Source: Candidatus Kerfeldbacteria bacterium
Lineage (GTDB): Bacteria > Patescibacteriota > Patescibacteriia > SBBC01 > CAIJZX01
Assembly (NCBI GenBank): GCA_963731735.1
Contig: CAVSWO010000002.1
Span: 470,001 to 534,000 of the forward strand
Length of the DNA: 64,000 nucleotides
Reading direction: 5' to 3'
Of the stretch, positions 9,187 to 18,981 are shown piece by piece. Position 1 is the first letter of the stretch. Each line of letters starts with the position of its first letter. The position numbers and the translations under genes were made by a program. Below the pieces are notes generated by a model. It was not told the origin of the DNA. It ran no database searches and was given only the letters and a program-made list of their open reading frames with translations.

Positions 9187-10617
9187 TTAGCTTGAACGAC
9201 CTTCGTGTTCTTTGGGTAGGAGCTGGTCAAGCGTGACGAAGGTGAAACCACGCTGGCGTAAATTTGCAATGATTACCGGGAGGGCCGTAATTGTGGATTG
9301 ACGGTTGCGAACCTGTCCTGCCGCGGGTCCATCCTGCACACCATCATGCAGTAAAATAATGCTCCCCGATCGAGTGTGATTCACGACCCGGTGGACAATA
9401 GTCGAAGCAGTTACCAATAAATAGTCCCGAGGATCGACAGACCAATCGACTAATCGCAGCTGTTGGTGATCAGCCTCGTAAAGTAATTGCGGACTGCGTA
9501 ATCCGTGCGGAGGTCGAAAATAAACCGGCTGGGTGCCAGTCACGCGGAAGATTTCTTGAGACGTGTTGCGTAAATCATCCGCAATATGACTGGGTGAAAA
9601 ATAGGGCAGACGAAACGAGTGGTTCCAAGAGTGGTTTCCAATTGAAAACCCGTGTGAAGTGACATATCGAGCGGTTGCTGGATCAGCTGCAATGCTCCGT
9701 CCGACTTCGAAAAATGTGGCGGGGACTTGCGCTTGATGTAATATGTCGACGATTTGACGGGTGGCCTGACCATTCGGACCGTCATCAAACGTCAGGGCTA
9801 CCAATTGTTTATCGTCATCACCACGTACCATGACTTGGCCGAAGTCAGTGGCGGTTGGCCACCAGCTGAGATAGGCGACGGTGATGAGCGTGAGCAGCGC
9901 CACGGTCCATCGTAACCGCCGCTGCGCCAACCGTTCTAACTCAGCGCGTGAGCGGCGAATGTTTCTGAACGACCAGAAGAGCGGCCGATGAAATACAACC
10001 ATCCAGACATGATTGAGCACGTACCGTGCACCCTGCGAGTACGGTTGGGCTTGAAAACGACGAGCGCTCGTGGTTACAATCATCCGTCGATCAAAAAGGA
10101 TTTCCCCATGTCGTTGGATGGCCCATCCAAAAGCGACATCACTGGCCAAATTGTATTCGGGGTTAAAGCCACCAACGGCGAGAGCGGTCTGACGCCGGAC
10201 AGCCATATTGCTGCCCAGTAAAATGCGCCGATAGAACCAACGCGACCATGATAGCAATCGCATGTTTTGGAATTGAATTGGCCCGGTGACGGCTAGAACT
10301 TTCGGATTTTGAAAGTCTTCAAGCAGGTGGTCTAACCAGTTAGGCGCAACAACCGAATCCGCGTCAGTAAAAGCCACCAATGCTGTGCTGACCGCCAGTA
10401 ATCCGCGTTGGAGAGCATACACGACACCCTGCCGAGGTTCTGAAATGACCGTCGCGCCAAACTTTCGGGCGATGGCGGCAGTCTGATCGGTCGAATTATT
10501 ATCAATCACATATATTTTGACACCAAGTCGCTTGGCCGGTAATTGCAAAGCACGCAAACAATGGGGAAGTAATTCTTCCTCGTTATATGCAGGGATTACA
10601 ACACTAAGTTGAGACAT
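9187..10617 (-). CDS. bifunctional family-2 glycosyltransferase / CE4 polysaccharide deacetylase (NodB-homology) fusion protein
   Basis: The N-terminus (VVIPAYNEEELL...IDNNSTDQT...FTDADS) is a GT-A/GT2 (DPM1/ArnC-like) domain. A predicted TM helix (WTVALLTLITVAYLSWW) follows. The C-terminus (LTFDDGPNG...NHSWNH...LLHDG) is a NodB/CE4 deacetylase domain. The ATG at 10617 (MSQLSVVIPAY) is preferred over the ORF-track start at 10647. Confidence 0.7.
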   Translation of the reverse strand: MSQLSVVIPAYNEEELLPHCLRALQLPAKRLGVKIYVIDNNSTDQTAAIARKFGATVISEPRQGVVYALQRGLLAVSTALVAFTDADSVVAPNWLDHLLEDFQNPKVLAVTGPIQFQNMRLLSWSRWFYRRILLGSNMAVRRQTALAVGGFNPEYNLASDVAFGWAIQRHGEILFDRRMIVTTSARRFQAQPYSQGARYVLNHVWMVVFHRPLFWSFRNIRRSRAELERLAQRRLRWTVALLTLITVAYLSWWPTATDFGQVMVRGDDDKQLVALTFDDGPNGQATRQIVDILHQAQVPATFFEVGRSIAADPATARYVTSHGFSIGNHSWNHSFRLPYFSPSHIADDLRNTSQEIFRVTGTQPVYFRPPHGLRSPQLLYEADHQQLRLVDWSVDPRDYLLVTASTIVHRVVNHTRSGSIILLHDGVQDGPAAGQVRNRQSTITALPVIIANLRQRGFTFVTLDQLLPKEHEGRSS

Positions 10618-10686
10618 ATGCACCGGGGGTAAGCACAAGACCCGCAAAACCTTATCTGATCAAACAATCAATCCTTGCCGGCCGGG

Positions 10687-11736
10687 CTATCGTAGCCCCA
10701 TTTTTTCCTGGACCGCTTGGAGTGTTGGTTCAGCCGCGGCCGAAGCTTTGGCCGCTCCGTCGGTGATGACCTGATCGACAAATTTCTTATCGTGAACAAG
10801 CTGGGCCCGACGTTTGCGGAAGGGCGCAAAATGACTATTGATGATGGCCGCCAAGGCCGGTTTGAATTCTGAAAATTGAACCTCACCGGCTTCGGCCGCG
10901 GCTTTCCAAATCTTAATATCCGACGGTTCGCCTAAAGCTAACAGTATGGTAAACAAATTTCGAACGCCGTGGAATTGCTTGACCAAATTCGGATCTCCTT
11001 TCCATCCGGCCTGGGCGGCTTTGCCGCTGCCCTCGGCCGCCGTGAAGGCTTCGCGGATAACTCGCGGTTCGCTCGAGCTGACGGCTTTTTTGAGCTTGGC
11101 TTGAATCGTAGCTTCATCGTCGTTCAGGCCAATGCCGCCGCCTAAACTTTTACTCATTTTTTGTTCCGGGTTTGCCAAATCCATGATCCGGCGGCCGCTG
11201 GTATGGAGGGCTTTTGGCTCCGGGAAAGTCTGGCCGTAGAGCCGATTGAATTTCTTGGCTAGATCGCGTGCTAACTCCACATGCTGCGCCTGATCGTCAC
11301 CAACCGGAACTTGCGCCGGTTTGTAGAGCAGGATATCGGCGGCTTGCAGAATCGGGTAATTTAAGATGCCGGCGTTCTGAAAATCTTTGTGCTGTTCAGA
11401 TTTTTCTTTAAATTGCACCATCCGCTGAAGTTCGCCGATCGGCGTGATGGTGTTGAGGAGCCACATCAGCTGGGTATGGGCGGGCACCTGCGACTGCACA
11501 AAAATAGTACCCTGCTTCGGATCGAGACCGGCGGCCAGATAATCAATGACAACATTCCGGACCTGGTCAGGCAGACTTTTCGGGTCATAGGGTGTGGTGA
11601 TGGCATGCAAATCGGCCACCATATAAAAGACGTCATGGTTGGCCTGCAGATCGATCCACTGCTGAATGGCGCCCAGGTAATTTCCGAGATGGAGCTCGCC
11701 GGAAGGGCGAATACCGGACAGGATGCGGGGGGACAT
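10687..11736 (-). CDS. trpS: tryptophan--tRNA ligase
   Basis: ILSGIRPSGELHLGNYLG (HIGH-class motif), KMSKS, and the TrpRS-specific block. The internal start at 11736 (MSPRILSG) is preferred over the ORF-track 11805. Confidence 0.9.
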   Translation of the reverse strand: MSPRILSGIRPSGELHLGNYLGAIQQWIDLQANHDVFYMVADLHAITTPYDPKSLPDQVRNVVIDYLAAGLDPKQGTIFVQSQVPAHTQLMWLLNTITPIGELQRMVQFKEKSEQHKDFQNAGILNYPILQAADILLYKPAQVPVGDDQAQHVELARDLAKKFNRLYGQTFPEPKALHTSGRRIMDLANPEQKMSKSLGGGIGLNDDEATIQAKLKKAVSSSEPRVIREAFTAAEGSGKAAQAGWKGDPNLVKQFHGVRNLFTILLALGEPSDIKIWKAAAEAGEVQFSEFKPALAAIINSHFAPFRKRRAQLVHDKKFVDQVITDGAAKASAAAEPTLQAVQEKMGLR

Positions 11737-11816
11737 AATGGGATTATTGTAGCATAGCTGGTGCTGTTTCAGCACTTGATCGCGAGCGGTAACCGATCGA
11801 ACCACTAACCACTCGC

Positions 11817-13583
11817 TTAGACTTCAACGATGACCGGAAAAATCATCGGCTGGCGTTGGGTGCGCTTGAATAGCATGCGCTCCATGGCCCGTCGTATCTT
11901 TTCTTGCAAATGTTTTTCATTCATGCGGGCACCCGGCTTTTCATCCTGTAAGACCTTCTTGGTCTCGCGGACCATGTCATTAATCAGTCGACCTTGCTCC
12001 TTCATGTGGGTGAAACCGCGTGAGATGATATCGACCTTCTGGACCTGTTTCGAGCGGCTTTTCAGTTGGGCCACCACAATCACCATGCCCTCATCAGCCA
12101 ACTGATTCCGGTCACGCAGGACAATGTGGTTGACGTCACCTAAACCCAGTCCGTCCACGAAGACATGTTCAATTTTGTACCGGTGATTGGTGACATACCC
12201 TTTGCCGTTGGCGAATTCGACTACCTGACCATTGTCGGCCATCAATATTTGCTTTTCGGGGACTCCCGCCTTGATCGCGATTTTCTTATTCTCGGCCTGA
12301 TGGAGAAAACTGCCCTCGATCGGCATAAAATACTTCGGGCGTACCATTTTGATGAAACGCTCAATATCGTCTTGCTTGGCGTGACCGCCGGCGTGAATAT
12401 CCAACAGCTTAGCGTCAATAATTTCGGCCCCTTCGCGCAGCAACCCATCTTTCAAACGAGCCACCGAACGTTCGTTGCCGGGTACGACCGATGACGAAAA
12501 AGCCACCAAGTCGCCGGCTTCAACGCGTAAGTACTTGTGTTCGCGATTGGCGATCCGGTTGAGCACCGCATTATCTTCGCCTTGCGCGCCGGTACACAAA
12601 ATAATGTAGCGGTTGCCGGGTAATCGCTGAATTTCATCCCACGGCAAAATCGTGTTGGGTTTACAGCGGATATACCCGAGCTGTTTACCGATTTCAATAT
12701 TGGTTTTCATCGAATATCCTTCGACTAACACCTTCCGATTATATTTTTCAGCCAGGGAGATTATTTGCTGGACGCGGGACAAGAGTGACGCGAAGGTCGC
12801 AAAGATAATCCGGCCCTTGGTTTGGGTAAACATGGTGTCGATATTCTTCTCGATTTCCGATTCCGAAATTTGGACACCCGGGTAAATGGCGCTGGTTGAG
12901 TCGCACAGCAGGCACAAGACATTTCGCCGACCCAACTGTTGAATGAAATCTAAGTCGGTTCGGTTTGAAACGTGTGCCCGATCATCAAGTTTAAAGTCAC
13001 CGGTATGGACGAAAATCCCGGCTGGGGTTTCAACCACTACGCCCAGACTGCCCGGAATATTGTGGGACAAGCCGAAGAATTCCAAGCGGAAAGGGCCGGC
13101 TTTCGTGCGGTCGCGAGTTTTCACGGTATTCAGCCGCAGTTTTTTTCCGGGCGCGATCTCTTCCATTTTTTTCTGGAGCATAGCGCCGGTTAAATTGCTG
13201 GTGAAAATTGGCGGGTTGCCGAGTTCCGGAATCCAGTGCGGAACACCGCCGGTGTGGTCATAGTGTCCGTGGGTAACGACCACGCCGCGGATTTGTTTTT
13301 CTTTACCGCGTAAGAAGGACAAGTCGGGAATAATATAATCCACCCCCGGCATATCATCTTCCGGCCACTGCAATCCGATATCGATAATCAGATACTCGTC
13401 CTGGTAAGCTAAGACCGTACAGTTGCGTCCGCCCGTTTCTTCGTAGCCGCCAACCGGGATGATTTGCAAAGCATCCTTGGCGTTCTTGATCGGTTGTTCC
13501 CCGGCATGGGGTTTTGGTTTTGGTCGACGAGTATATCGCGGACCATCTGGTTTGCGCATGCGCGCTTTTGGCCGTTTGGCCAT
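11817..13583 (-). CDS. rnj: ribonuclease J (metallo-beta-lactamase/beta-CASP RNase)
   Basis: VTHGHYDHTGG metal-binding motif, beta-CASP region and a basic N-terminal tail. 588 aa. Confidence 0.9.
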   Translation of the reverse strand: MAKRPKARMRKPDGPRYTRRPKPKPHAGEQPIKNAKDALQIIPVGGYEETGGRNCTVLAYQDEYLIIDIGLQWPEDDMPGVDYIIPDLSFLRGKEKQIRGVVVTHGHYDHTGGVPHWIPELGNPPIFTSNLTGAMLQKKMEEIAPGKKLRLNTVKTRDRTKAGPFRLEFFGLSHNIPGSLGVVVETPAGIFVHTGDFKLDDRAHVSNRTDLDFIQQLGRRNVLCLLCDSTSAIYPGVQISESEIEKNIDTMFTQTKGRIIFATFASLLSRVQQIISLAEKYNRKVLVEGYSMKTNIEIGKQLGYIRCKPNTILPWDEIQRLPGNRYIILCTGAQGEDNAVLNRIANREHKYLRVEAGDLVAFSSSVVPGNERSVARLKDGLLREGAEIIDAKLLDIHAGGHAKQDDIERFIKMVRPKYFMPIEGSFLHQAENKKIAIKAGVPEKQILMADNGQVVEFANGKGYVTNHRYKIEHVFVDGLGLGDVNHIVLRDRNQLADEGMVIVVAQLKSRSKQVQKVDIISRGFTHMKEQGRLINDMVRETKKVLQDEKPGARMNEKHLQEKIRRAMERMLFKRTQRQPMIFPVIVEV

Positions 13584-13764
13584 ACTATGTACTTTCTATT
13601 TCAGCCGGAACAACAAGAACGGTTCGAGCTGATGATTAATTGAGTCCACCCCTCGACGGGAATGGCATAATGCGTGGTGATTCGCGGCTAGGCCGCCGAA
13701 TCGGTCACGCGTAAGGATGAATCCCTCAAACTCATCTCTAGGCGCGACATTTGTTGACTTGGCG

Positions 13765-13793
13765 ATACTACACCAAAAGCCGCCGGTTGTCAA
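13765..13793 (-). promoter_or_regulatory. sigma-70-type promoter for rnj, with a leader of about 175 nt
   Basis: The minus strand reads TTGACA (13793-13788), a 17-nt spacer, then TAGTAT (13770-13765). This leaves a long 5' UTR before the rnj ATG at 13583. Confidence 0.45.
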
Positions 13794-13881
13794 TAGGTGG
13801 TGCCCGGGACCTCGCCCGTTATCGCGGTCGCGCTGACAGCGGGGTAGGGAGGAGTTTTTTAGCAGGCATCATCCGATGCCT

Positions 13882-13967
<86 letters not shown>

Positions 13968-14102
13968 ATAATTGAGAACCTTATCTTATCCATTTACGCT
14001 TCGCTTTACCATGCCCCGGGGCGTATCTGTTCCTTCGAAACATGATTCGCCCGTCGCGGCCGTCGAAAGCAAAGCAGTTTGCTTTCTCCCACATCGTGGC
14101 CC

Positions 14103-14132
14103 GGCCGCAACCCATTCCGCCACCCGGGCATA
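14103..14132 (-). repeat. direct repeat of the tRNA-Leu 5' end (21 nt, ccattccgccacccgggcata); non-functional tRNA fragment
   Basis: An exact copy of tRNA-Leu nt 1-18 plus 3 flanking nt lies about 160 bp upstream. The sequence after it does not fold as a tRNA (no D, anticodon or T arms). Instead it contains hairpins such as GAAAGCAAA-ctgc-TTTGCTTTC. Confidence 0.5.
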
Positions 14133-14186
14133 TTTCTGAATTAGCGCTGCGATTGTAAACGAAACCGGTAACCCTGGCAAGCTTGC

Positions 14187-16019
14187 CTAGCGGTCGTTCG
14201 ACTTCTTCGCGACCCACCTTGGCCAGGTATTGGTGTACCAAGTAGAGATATTCTGGAAGCGCTGAGCTCCGCTGACGATTCGATCGGCGTCGAATCCCCG
14301 GAGCGATTTCGGGTGCGCGTAGAGGTAGTGATTTTCGAATAAGAAGATGGCCGGCACTTCTTCGGCTAAAACGTTCTGGAAATCGAAGTAATCGACCGCC
14401 CGTTCTTCATTACTGGTCGTTCGTCGGCCGTGCTCGAGATCTTGATCAATTTTTGAACTGAAGAAAATCGATAAATTAAAGCCGTTTTCTTTCTGTTGGG
14501 ACGAGTGCCAAAACGGATACGGATCAGGATCGGTAGTGAAAATCTGTCCAAAAAGTAAGGCTTCATACTGGCGCGGACGGAGAATATCGCGCTGGATGGC
14601 GGACGGTTCAACTTTTTTTATCTCCACATTGGCGCCAATTTTTTCCCAATCGGATTTGAGTTGTTCAGCCACAGCCACCTGGTTGGGTTGATTGACAACC
14701 GTAAAGACAAAGGTGAGTTGCTGTTCGCCTTTTTGGCGAATGCCACTCTCGGTCTTTTTCCAGCCGGCATCTTCCAGGATTTGATTAGCTTTATCAAGAT
14801 CGTAATCGTATCGCTTGAGTCCGGGATTATACCCTAGATACCCAGGCAGAATCGGTCCGACGATTGGGTTCGCGTGGCCCATTAAGACATCGTCGACGAT
14901 AGCCGCGCGGTTGGTGGCATAGGACAAGGCAATGCGCGTCTCCTTGGCTTTCAAGGCGCCATTGGTTTTTTGGTTGATAAAGACAGCGGTCAGTTGGGAC
15001 ACCGCGAAATCATTGATTTTATGATTTGACGAAACTTTGGCGATGTCCTCATATCGAATGCCGCCGAGTGAGTCGATGGCACCGGTTGAGAGCGCCTGCA
15101 ACGCCGACGTATAATCCGGATAGAATTTGACTTCAACTTTATTGAGATACGGGGCTCGCCCGTGATAATCACTGTTCCGGACAAATTGCATGGACTTGAC
15201 GTTACCGTCGCGATCTTTGGCCAGGCTTTGAAATTGAAAGGGTCCGTTACCAACCGGTTTAAGATTTAATTCGGCCAGGGGAAATGATTGGGGAGTGGCA
15301 TCAACCCAGAGATGTTCCGGTAATAAGCCGACGATCAGATAGGATAAAAATGGCGCTAACGGCTCGTTTAACGTGAAGACGATAGTCTGGCTATCCGGCG
15401 CTTCAACTTTGACGTTTTGAAAAATCGATAACTGGGGGCTTTGGTAAAGCGGATCGGCCATGGTTTTGAAGGTATACACAGCGTCACGGCTGGTCAACGG
15501 CTGGCCGTCTGACCATTTCAAGTGTGGTTGCAGTTTAACAGTATAGACTTTTCCGTCCGGACTGACATCAATGCTCTTGGCCAAATCTGGCACCAGTTGA
15601 AAATCTTCATTCATTTTCATTAGCCCGCGAAAATTCAGAGTGGTTAACTCGTCGTCCACGGTGCTTATCCGAGCCAGGGCCGGGTTGATAAACTGCGGTA
15701 CGCCGATCATGCCTTCAGTTAAAACCCCGCCGCGGCGAGGTTGTAACTCAATGTGACGATTCAAGTAACTTACAAACAAAATCAGGGCGGTCAGGACCGC
15801 CAAAAATCCCAGCCACTGCACCCATACGCGCTCGCGTGGTTGCAGGACTTGGCCGACGTAATTTAATTGCTTACTGGTCGGAATTCGCGATTGTGATAAA
15901 CCAAAAACCAGTTCACGGTCGCGACGGGCGGCCTCGGCATCAGGCGAAGATCGGCGTCGAAAACGCCCGAATACCGCGCGGCAGTCGCGCCAAAGTTGTC
16001 CGGGGCTAAATCGCGGCAT
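14187..16019 (-). CDS. ABC-transporter family-5 solute-binding protein (peptide/nickel SBP_bac_5-like), secreted or membrane-anchored
   Basis: Start chosen at M43 of the ORF (ATG 16019). An N-terminal TM/signal region (WLGFLAVLTALILFVSYL) is followed by a roughly 560-aa SBP_bac_5-type fold. No permease or ATPase genes are adjacent. Confidence 0.7.
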   Translation of the reverse strand: MPRFSPGQLWRDCRAVFGRFRRRSSPDAEAARRDRELVFGLSQSRIPTSKQLNYVGQVLQPRERVWVQWLGFLAVLTALILFVSYLNRHIELQPRRGGVLTEGMIGVPQFINPALARISTVDDELTTLNFRGLMKMNEDFQLVPDLAKSIDVSPDGKVYTVKLQPHLKWSDGQPLTSRDAVYTFKTMADPLYQSPQLSIFQNVKVEAPDSQTIVFTLNEPLAPFLSYLIVGLLPEHLWVDATPQSFPLAELNLKPVGNGPFQFQSLAKDRDGNVKSMQFVRNSDYHGRAPYLNKVEVKFYPDYTSALQALSTGAIDSLGGIRYEDIAKVSSNHKINDFAVSQLTAVFINQKTNGALKAKETRIALSYATNRAAIVDDVLMGHANPIVGPILPGYLGYNPGLKRYDYDLDKANQILEDAGWKKTESGIRQKGEQQLTFVFTVVNQPNQVAVAEQLKSDWEKIGANVEIKKVEPSAIQRDILRPRQYEALLFGQIFTTDPDPYPFWHSSQQKENGFNLSIFFSSKIDQDLEHGRRTTSNEERAVDYFDFQNVLAEEVPAIFLFENHYLYAHPKSLRGFDADRIVSGAQRFQNISTWYTNTWPRWVAKKSNDR

Positions 16020-16233
16020 TGAGCAGGGCCGTGGCGAAAAACAGTACAGCCACGATAATGGTTGCGATGAAGACAAGTTTTTCGGCGCCGCGCTTGGTGC
16101 TGTACACGTTGCCTTCGCCACCCAGGACGGTCGAGAGTCCGGCACCTTTACTCTGGACCAAGATAAAGGTAACTAACAAAACCGCCAGTCCGATTTGGAC
16201 GTATGGGAGCGCGGCACGAATCCAGTCAGTCAT
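16006..16233 (-). CDS. secG: preprotein translocase subunit SecG
   Basis: 75 aa with two TM helices separated by a Gly-rich loop (VQSKGAGLSTVLGGEGNVYSTKRGAEK), typical of SecG. Overlaps the SBP start by 14 nt. Confidence 0.65.
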   Translation of the reverse strand: MTDWIRAALPYVQIGLAVLLVTFILVQSKGAGLSTVLGGEGNVYSTKRGAEKLVFIATIIVAVLFFATALLNAAI

Positions 16234-16419
16234 AACGGCAAAAAACGCGAAAAATTGAACCGTTCCAACCTACCACATTGACCTTCGCTCGTCAATCACC
16301 CGCGGCTACGGGTTGACATTTTATCCAAACTTTGCTAGCCTGCGTAACTGTACTCCAAATGTGGGCGAGTACAGGATGTACATTACAAGCCCACTATCGT
16401 GGCAACCAAGGAGGTACGC

Positions 16420-16821
16420 ATGCGTGCCGCTCACAGAACGGCGACCCTGTTCGCTGTCGTGTGCATCGCACTGCCGATCCTGCTGGGACTGATGCTCCAC
16501 GGACCCAGCCCGCCGACCACTGATCTGGCGCTGCAAAGTGCCAGCACCATGTGGGTCGTCCCGGCCATTTATCCGCAAATCATCACGGTCGGAACGATCT
16601 CCACCCAAGCGGTGATGACGGCGGCTACCCTCGACGACGCCAACCCGGCATCCTCCATCTCGGATGATCACCCGGCGGCGACTGCCATGCTCGTTCATCG
16701 GCTGCTGCTGAGCCGAAGTTCGCTGGCTGACCACGATCCCATGTACCACTACTCCCAACCGCTCGCCTTCAAGCTGAAGACGATGCACGTCGCGACGACG
16801 GACTACCATCTGCTGGCTTGA
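16420..16821 (+). CDS. hypothetical secreted/membrane protein
   Basis: AAGGAGG lies 5 nt before the ATG at 16420 (MRAAHRTATLFAVVCIALPILLGLM...). N-terminal signal/TM. No known domain. The antisense Arg-rich ORF 16321..16809 was rejected. Confidence 0.4.
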   Translation: MRAAHRTATLFAVVCIALPILLGLMLHGPSPPTTDLALQSASTMWVVPAIYPQIITVGTISTQAVMTAATLDDANPASSISDDHPAATAMLVHRLLLSRSSLADHDPMYHYSQPLAFKLKTMHVATTDYHLLA

Positions 16822-16843
16822 CCAGCAACCTCCGCTGTCCCAT

Positions 16844-16899
16844 CCCGGGGACCCTGAATTCTTCTGACGAAGGATCAGGGTCGCCCGGGACTCTTTTTA
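16844..16899 (+). terminator. long imperfect hairpin plus T-run
   Basis: CCCGGGGACCCTGA...TCAGGGTCGCCCGGG followed by ACTCTTTTTAT. Overlaps the uvrC stop. Confidence 0.45.
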
Positions 16900-18657
16900 T
16901 CCAAGCGTGTCGCGGACGGCGACCGCTACTTTCGGTCCCACGATTTCGGTAATGGCCGCATCGCTGGCTTGCCGGATTCCCGCCACGGTTCCAAATTTTT
17001 TCAGGAGTCGTTTTTTGTTGGTTGGTCCCAAACCAGGCACCTCATCAAGTCGTGATCGGGTGGCGGCTTGGGTATGGGTTTTTCGATAATAGCCAATCGC
17101 GAATCGATGAGCTTCGTCCCGAATACGTTGAACGAGATGTAATCCTGGACTATCGTGCGGCAGTCGAATGGAACCGGCGCGTTTCGGAATAAATAATTCT
17201 TCCTCCTGCTTGGCCAGGGCCGCAATCGGGACTGCCGGAAGGTTTTTGACTTTCGACAAGACGGTTGAAAGTTGTGGCCTCCCGCCATCCAGGAGAATCA
17301 AGTCCGGCGCGGCCCAAGCCGCGTCGGCTTGATGCGCAAAGCGGCGTCGCAACATTTCGGCCAGCATGTGCACGTCGTTCGGTCCGCGGACAGTTTTGAT
17401 CTTGAATTTTCGATAGGCGTTGGCGCGCGGCAATCCGTCAAGAAATACTACCATCGAGCCGACTGCATGCTGACCCTGAAAATTTGAAATGTCATACATT
17501 TCAATTCGCTTGGGCGGATGCGGAAGTTTCAGCGCCTCGGTAATTTTCGCCAGGCCCAATTGAGCGCGACGTTCATCGGATAACCAGCGGACCTGCTCGC
17601 GAGCGATATAGTCTTCGGCATTTTCTTTGGCGGTTTGCGCTAATTTGCGTTTGAGTCCGCGTTGGGCCTGCCGAATGCGCAATTGCAGGGCCGCATCCCA
17701 ATCGGTGGCCACCGGTACCAGGCTAAAAACTTCGGTCGGGTGGTTGGTCGATTGACTGTAATATTGAGCAATGAACGCCTGCACCACGGCGGTGTCGGTT
17801 TGTCCGGCGGTTTGTTGCAAAAGGAAATTATCACGCTGGACTAACTTGCCTTGCCGTACCTGGAACAACGTGATGGCCGCCAGGTTCTCGTGTCGGGCCA
17901 ACCCCAAGACATCATAGTGGCCGCCGCGCGGGCTGATCACGGTTTGTTGCTCCAAGATGTGTTCCAGTGCCAGTAACCGATCACGTTCAATCGCGGCTTG
18001 TTCGTAATCCTTGGCCCGCGCGGCGGCCCGCATCTGCAGCTTCAAATTCTTGAGGACGTCGCCAGTTTGGCCCTCGAGAAAACGCATCAGTTTTTGGATA
18101 ACCACCTGATAGCGCTGACGGCTACCCGGGCCGGTCTGGTGGCCGAGACACCGGTTTAACTGCCAATCAAAGCAAGGGACGTCTGGCGGGTTGGCGCAGC
18201 TTTTGTAGGGAAACAGGCGCTTAAGGAGTCGCATGGTCCGGCGGACTGATAACCCCGAAGTGTACGGACCGAAATATCGACTGCCATCCAAACTCATCCG
18301 CCGGACGGTACTGACAGTCGGAAACTTTTCGTTCAGCGCGATCTTGATATATTGAAAGTTCTTATCGTCCTTCAACAGGATGTTGTATTTCGGACGGTGT
18401 TTTTTGATCAGGGTCGATTCAAGCAGCAACGCTTCGGTCTCCGACCGGACAATAATGTATTCGATCCGCGCGATTTGTTCGACCATTTTTTCCTTGGCAC
18501 CATCCAACTGGCGACTGGCTTGAAAATAGGAGCTGACGCGATGACGTAAATTTTTGGCTTTGCCGACGTACAAAATAACGCCCGCGGCATTCAGAAACTG
18601 GTAGACGCCAGGTTTTTGAGGAAGTGATTTTGCGCGATCAGCCAGGGTTGCAACCAT
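16897..18657 (-). CDS. uvrC: excinuclease ABC subunit C
   Basis: GIY-YIG N-terminus (KPGVYQFLNAAGVILYVGKAKNLRHRVSSYF), UvrBC domain, RNase H-like and HhH C-terminus. 586 aa. Confidence 0.95.
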   Translation of the reverse strand: MVATLADRAKSLPQKPGVYQFLNAAGVILYVGKAKNLRHRVSSYFQASRQLDGAKEKMVEQIARIEYIIVRSETEALLLESTLIKKHRPKYNILLKDDKNFQYIKIALNEKFPTVSTVRRMSLDGSRYFGPYTSGLSVRRTMRLLKRLFPYKSCANPPDVPCFDWQLNRCLGHQTGPGSRQRYQVVIQKLMRFLEGQTGDVLKNLKLQMRAAARAKDYEQAAIERDRLLALEHILEQQTVISPRGGHYDVLGLARHENLAAITLFQVRQGKLVQRDNFLLQQTAGQTDTAVVQAFIAQYYSQSTNHPTEVFSLVPVATDWDAALQLRIRQAQRGLKRKLAQTAKENAEDYIAREQVRWLSDERRAQLGLAKITEALKLPHPPKRIEMYDISNFQGQHAVGSMVVFLDGLPRANAYRKFKIKTVRGPNDVHMLAEMLRRRFAHQADAAWAAPDLILLDGGRPQLSTVLSKVKNLPAVPIAALAKQEEELFIPKRAGSIRLPHDSPGLHLVQRIRDEAHRFAIGYYRKTHTQAATRSRLDEVPGLGPTNKKRLLKKFGTVAGIRQASDAAITEIVGPKVAVAVRDTLG

Positions 18658-18825
18658 CCCGTTAGCGATTTACCGAATAATGCGTTTGGGTCAGCATAAC
18701 ATTTTCCTCTACTTGCCAAGCAATTTGCCCAGCTCTTGTTTCAAGAATTTCTAACGGGACCATGGGGCGAGTATACCTTGCACTTCTATTGGTGAAAAGC
18801 GGTTCAGGGGCGAGCGCGTCAGGGA

Positions 18826-18854
18826 TTGACAAACAAACCAATCCATGCTATTTT
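18826..18854 (+). promoter_or_regulatory. sigma-70-type promoter for the MYG1-like gene
   Basis: TTGACA, a 17-nt spacer, then TATTTT. Followed by a leader of about 125 nt and AAAGGAG 7 nt before the GTG start at 18982. Confidence 0.45.
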
Positions 18855-18981
18855 GCTTTGTTCCTGATGTGTATCAAAAATAGGTAGACACAGTACCGGG
18901 AGCGCCGTTCTTCGACAAAGCTGACTTCTTTCATGATGCTCAGCGACAGTATCAACCATCACCAGACAAAGGAGTCCACCA

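Noticed and set aside
10618-10647. ORF-track start at 10647 for the GT2/CE4 fusion
   Set aside because: GT2 domains begin at the VIPAYNE strand. The ATG at 10617 gives the canonical N-terminus. The upstream 10 codons add no recognisable sequence.
14040-14140. Possible second tRNA-Leu gene
   Set aside because: Only the first 18 nt match. No D, anticodon or T arms can be drawn. It is recorded as a repeat or fragment instead.
16321-16809. 162-aa Arg-rich ORF on the minus strand
   Set aside because: It is antisense to the SD-preceded ORF 16420..16821. Its R/G/D-rich low-complexity composition is typical of spurious antisense frames in GC-rich DNA.
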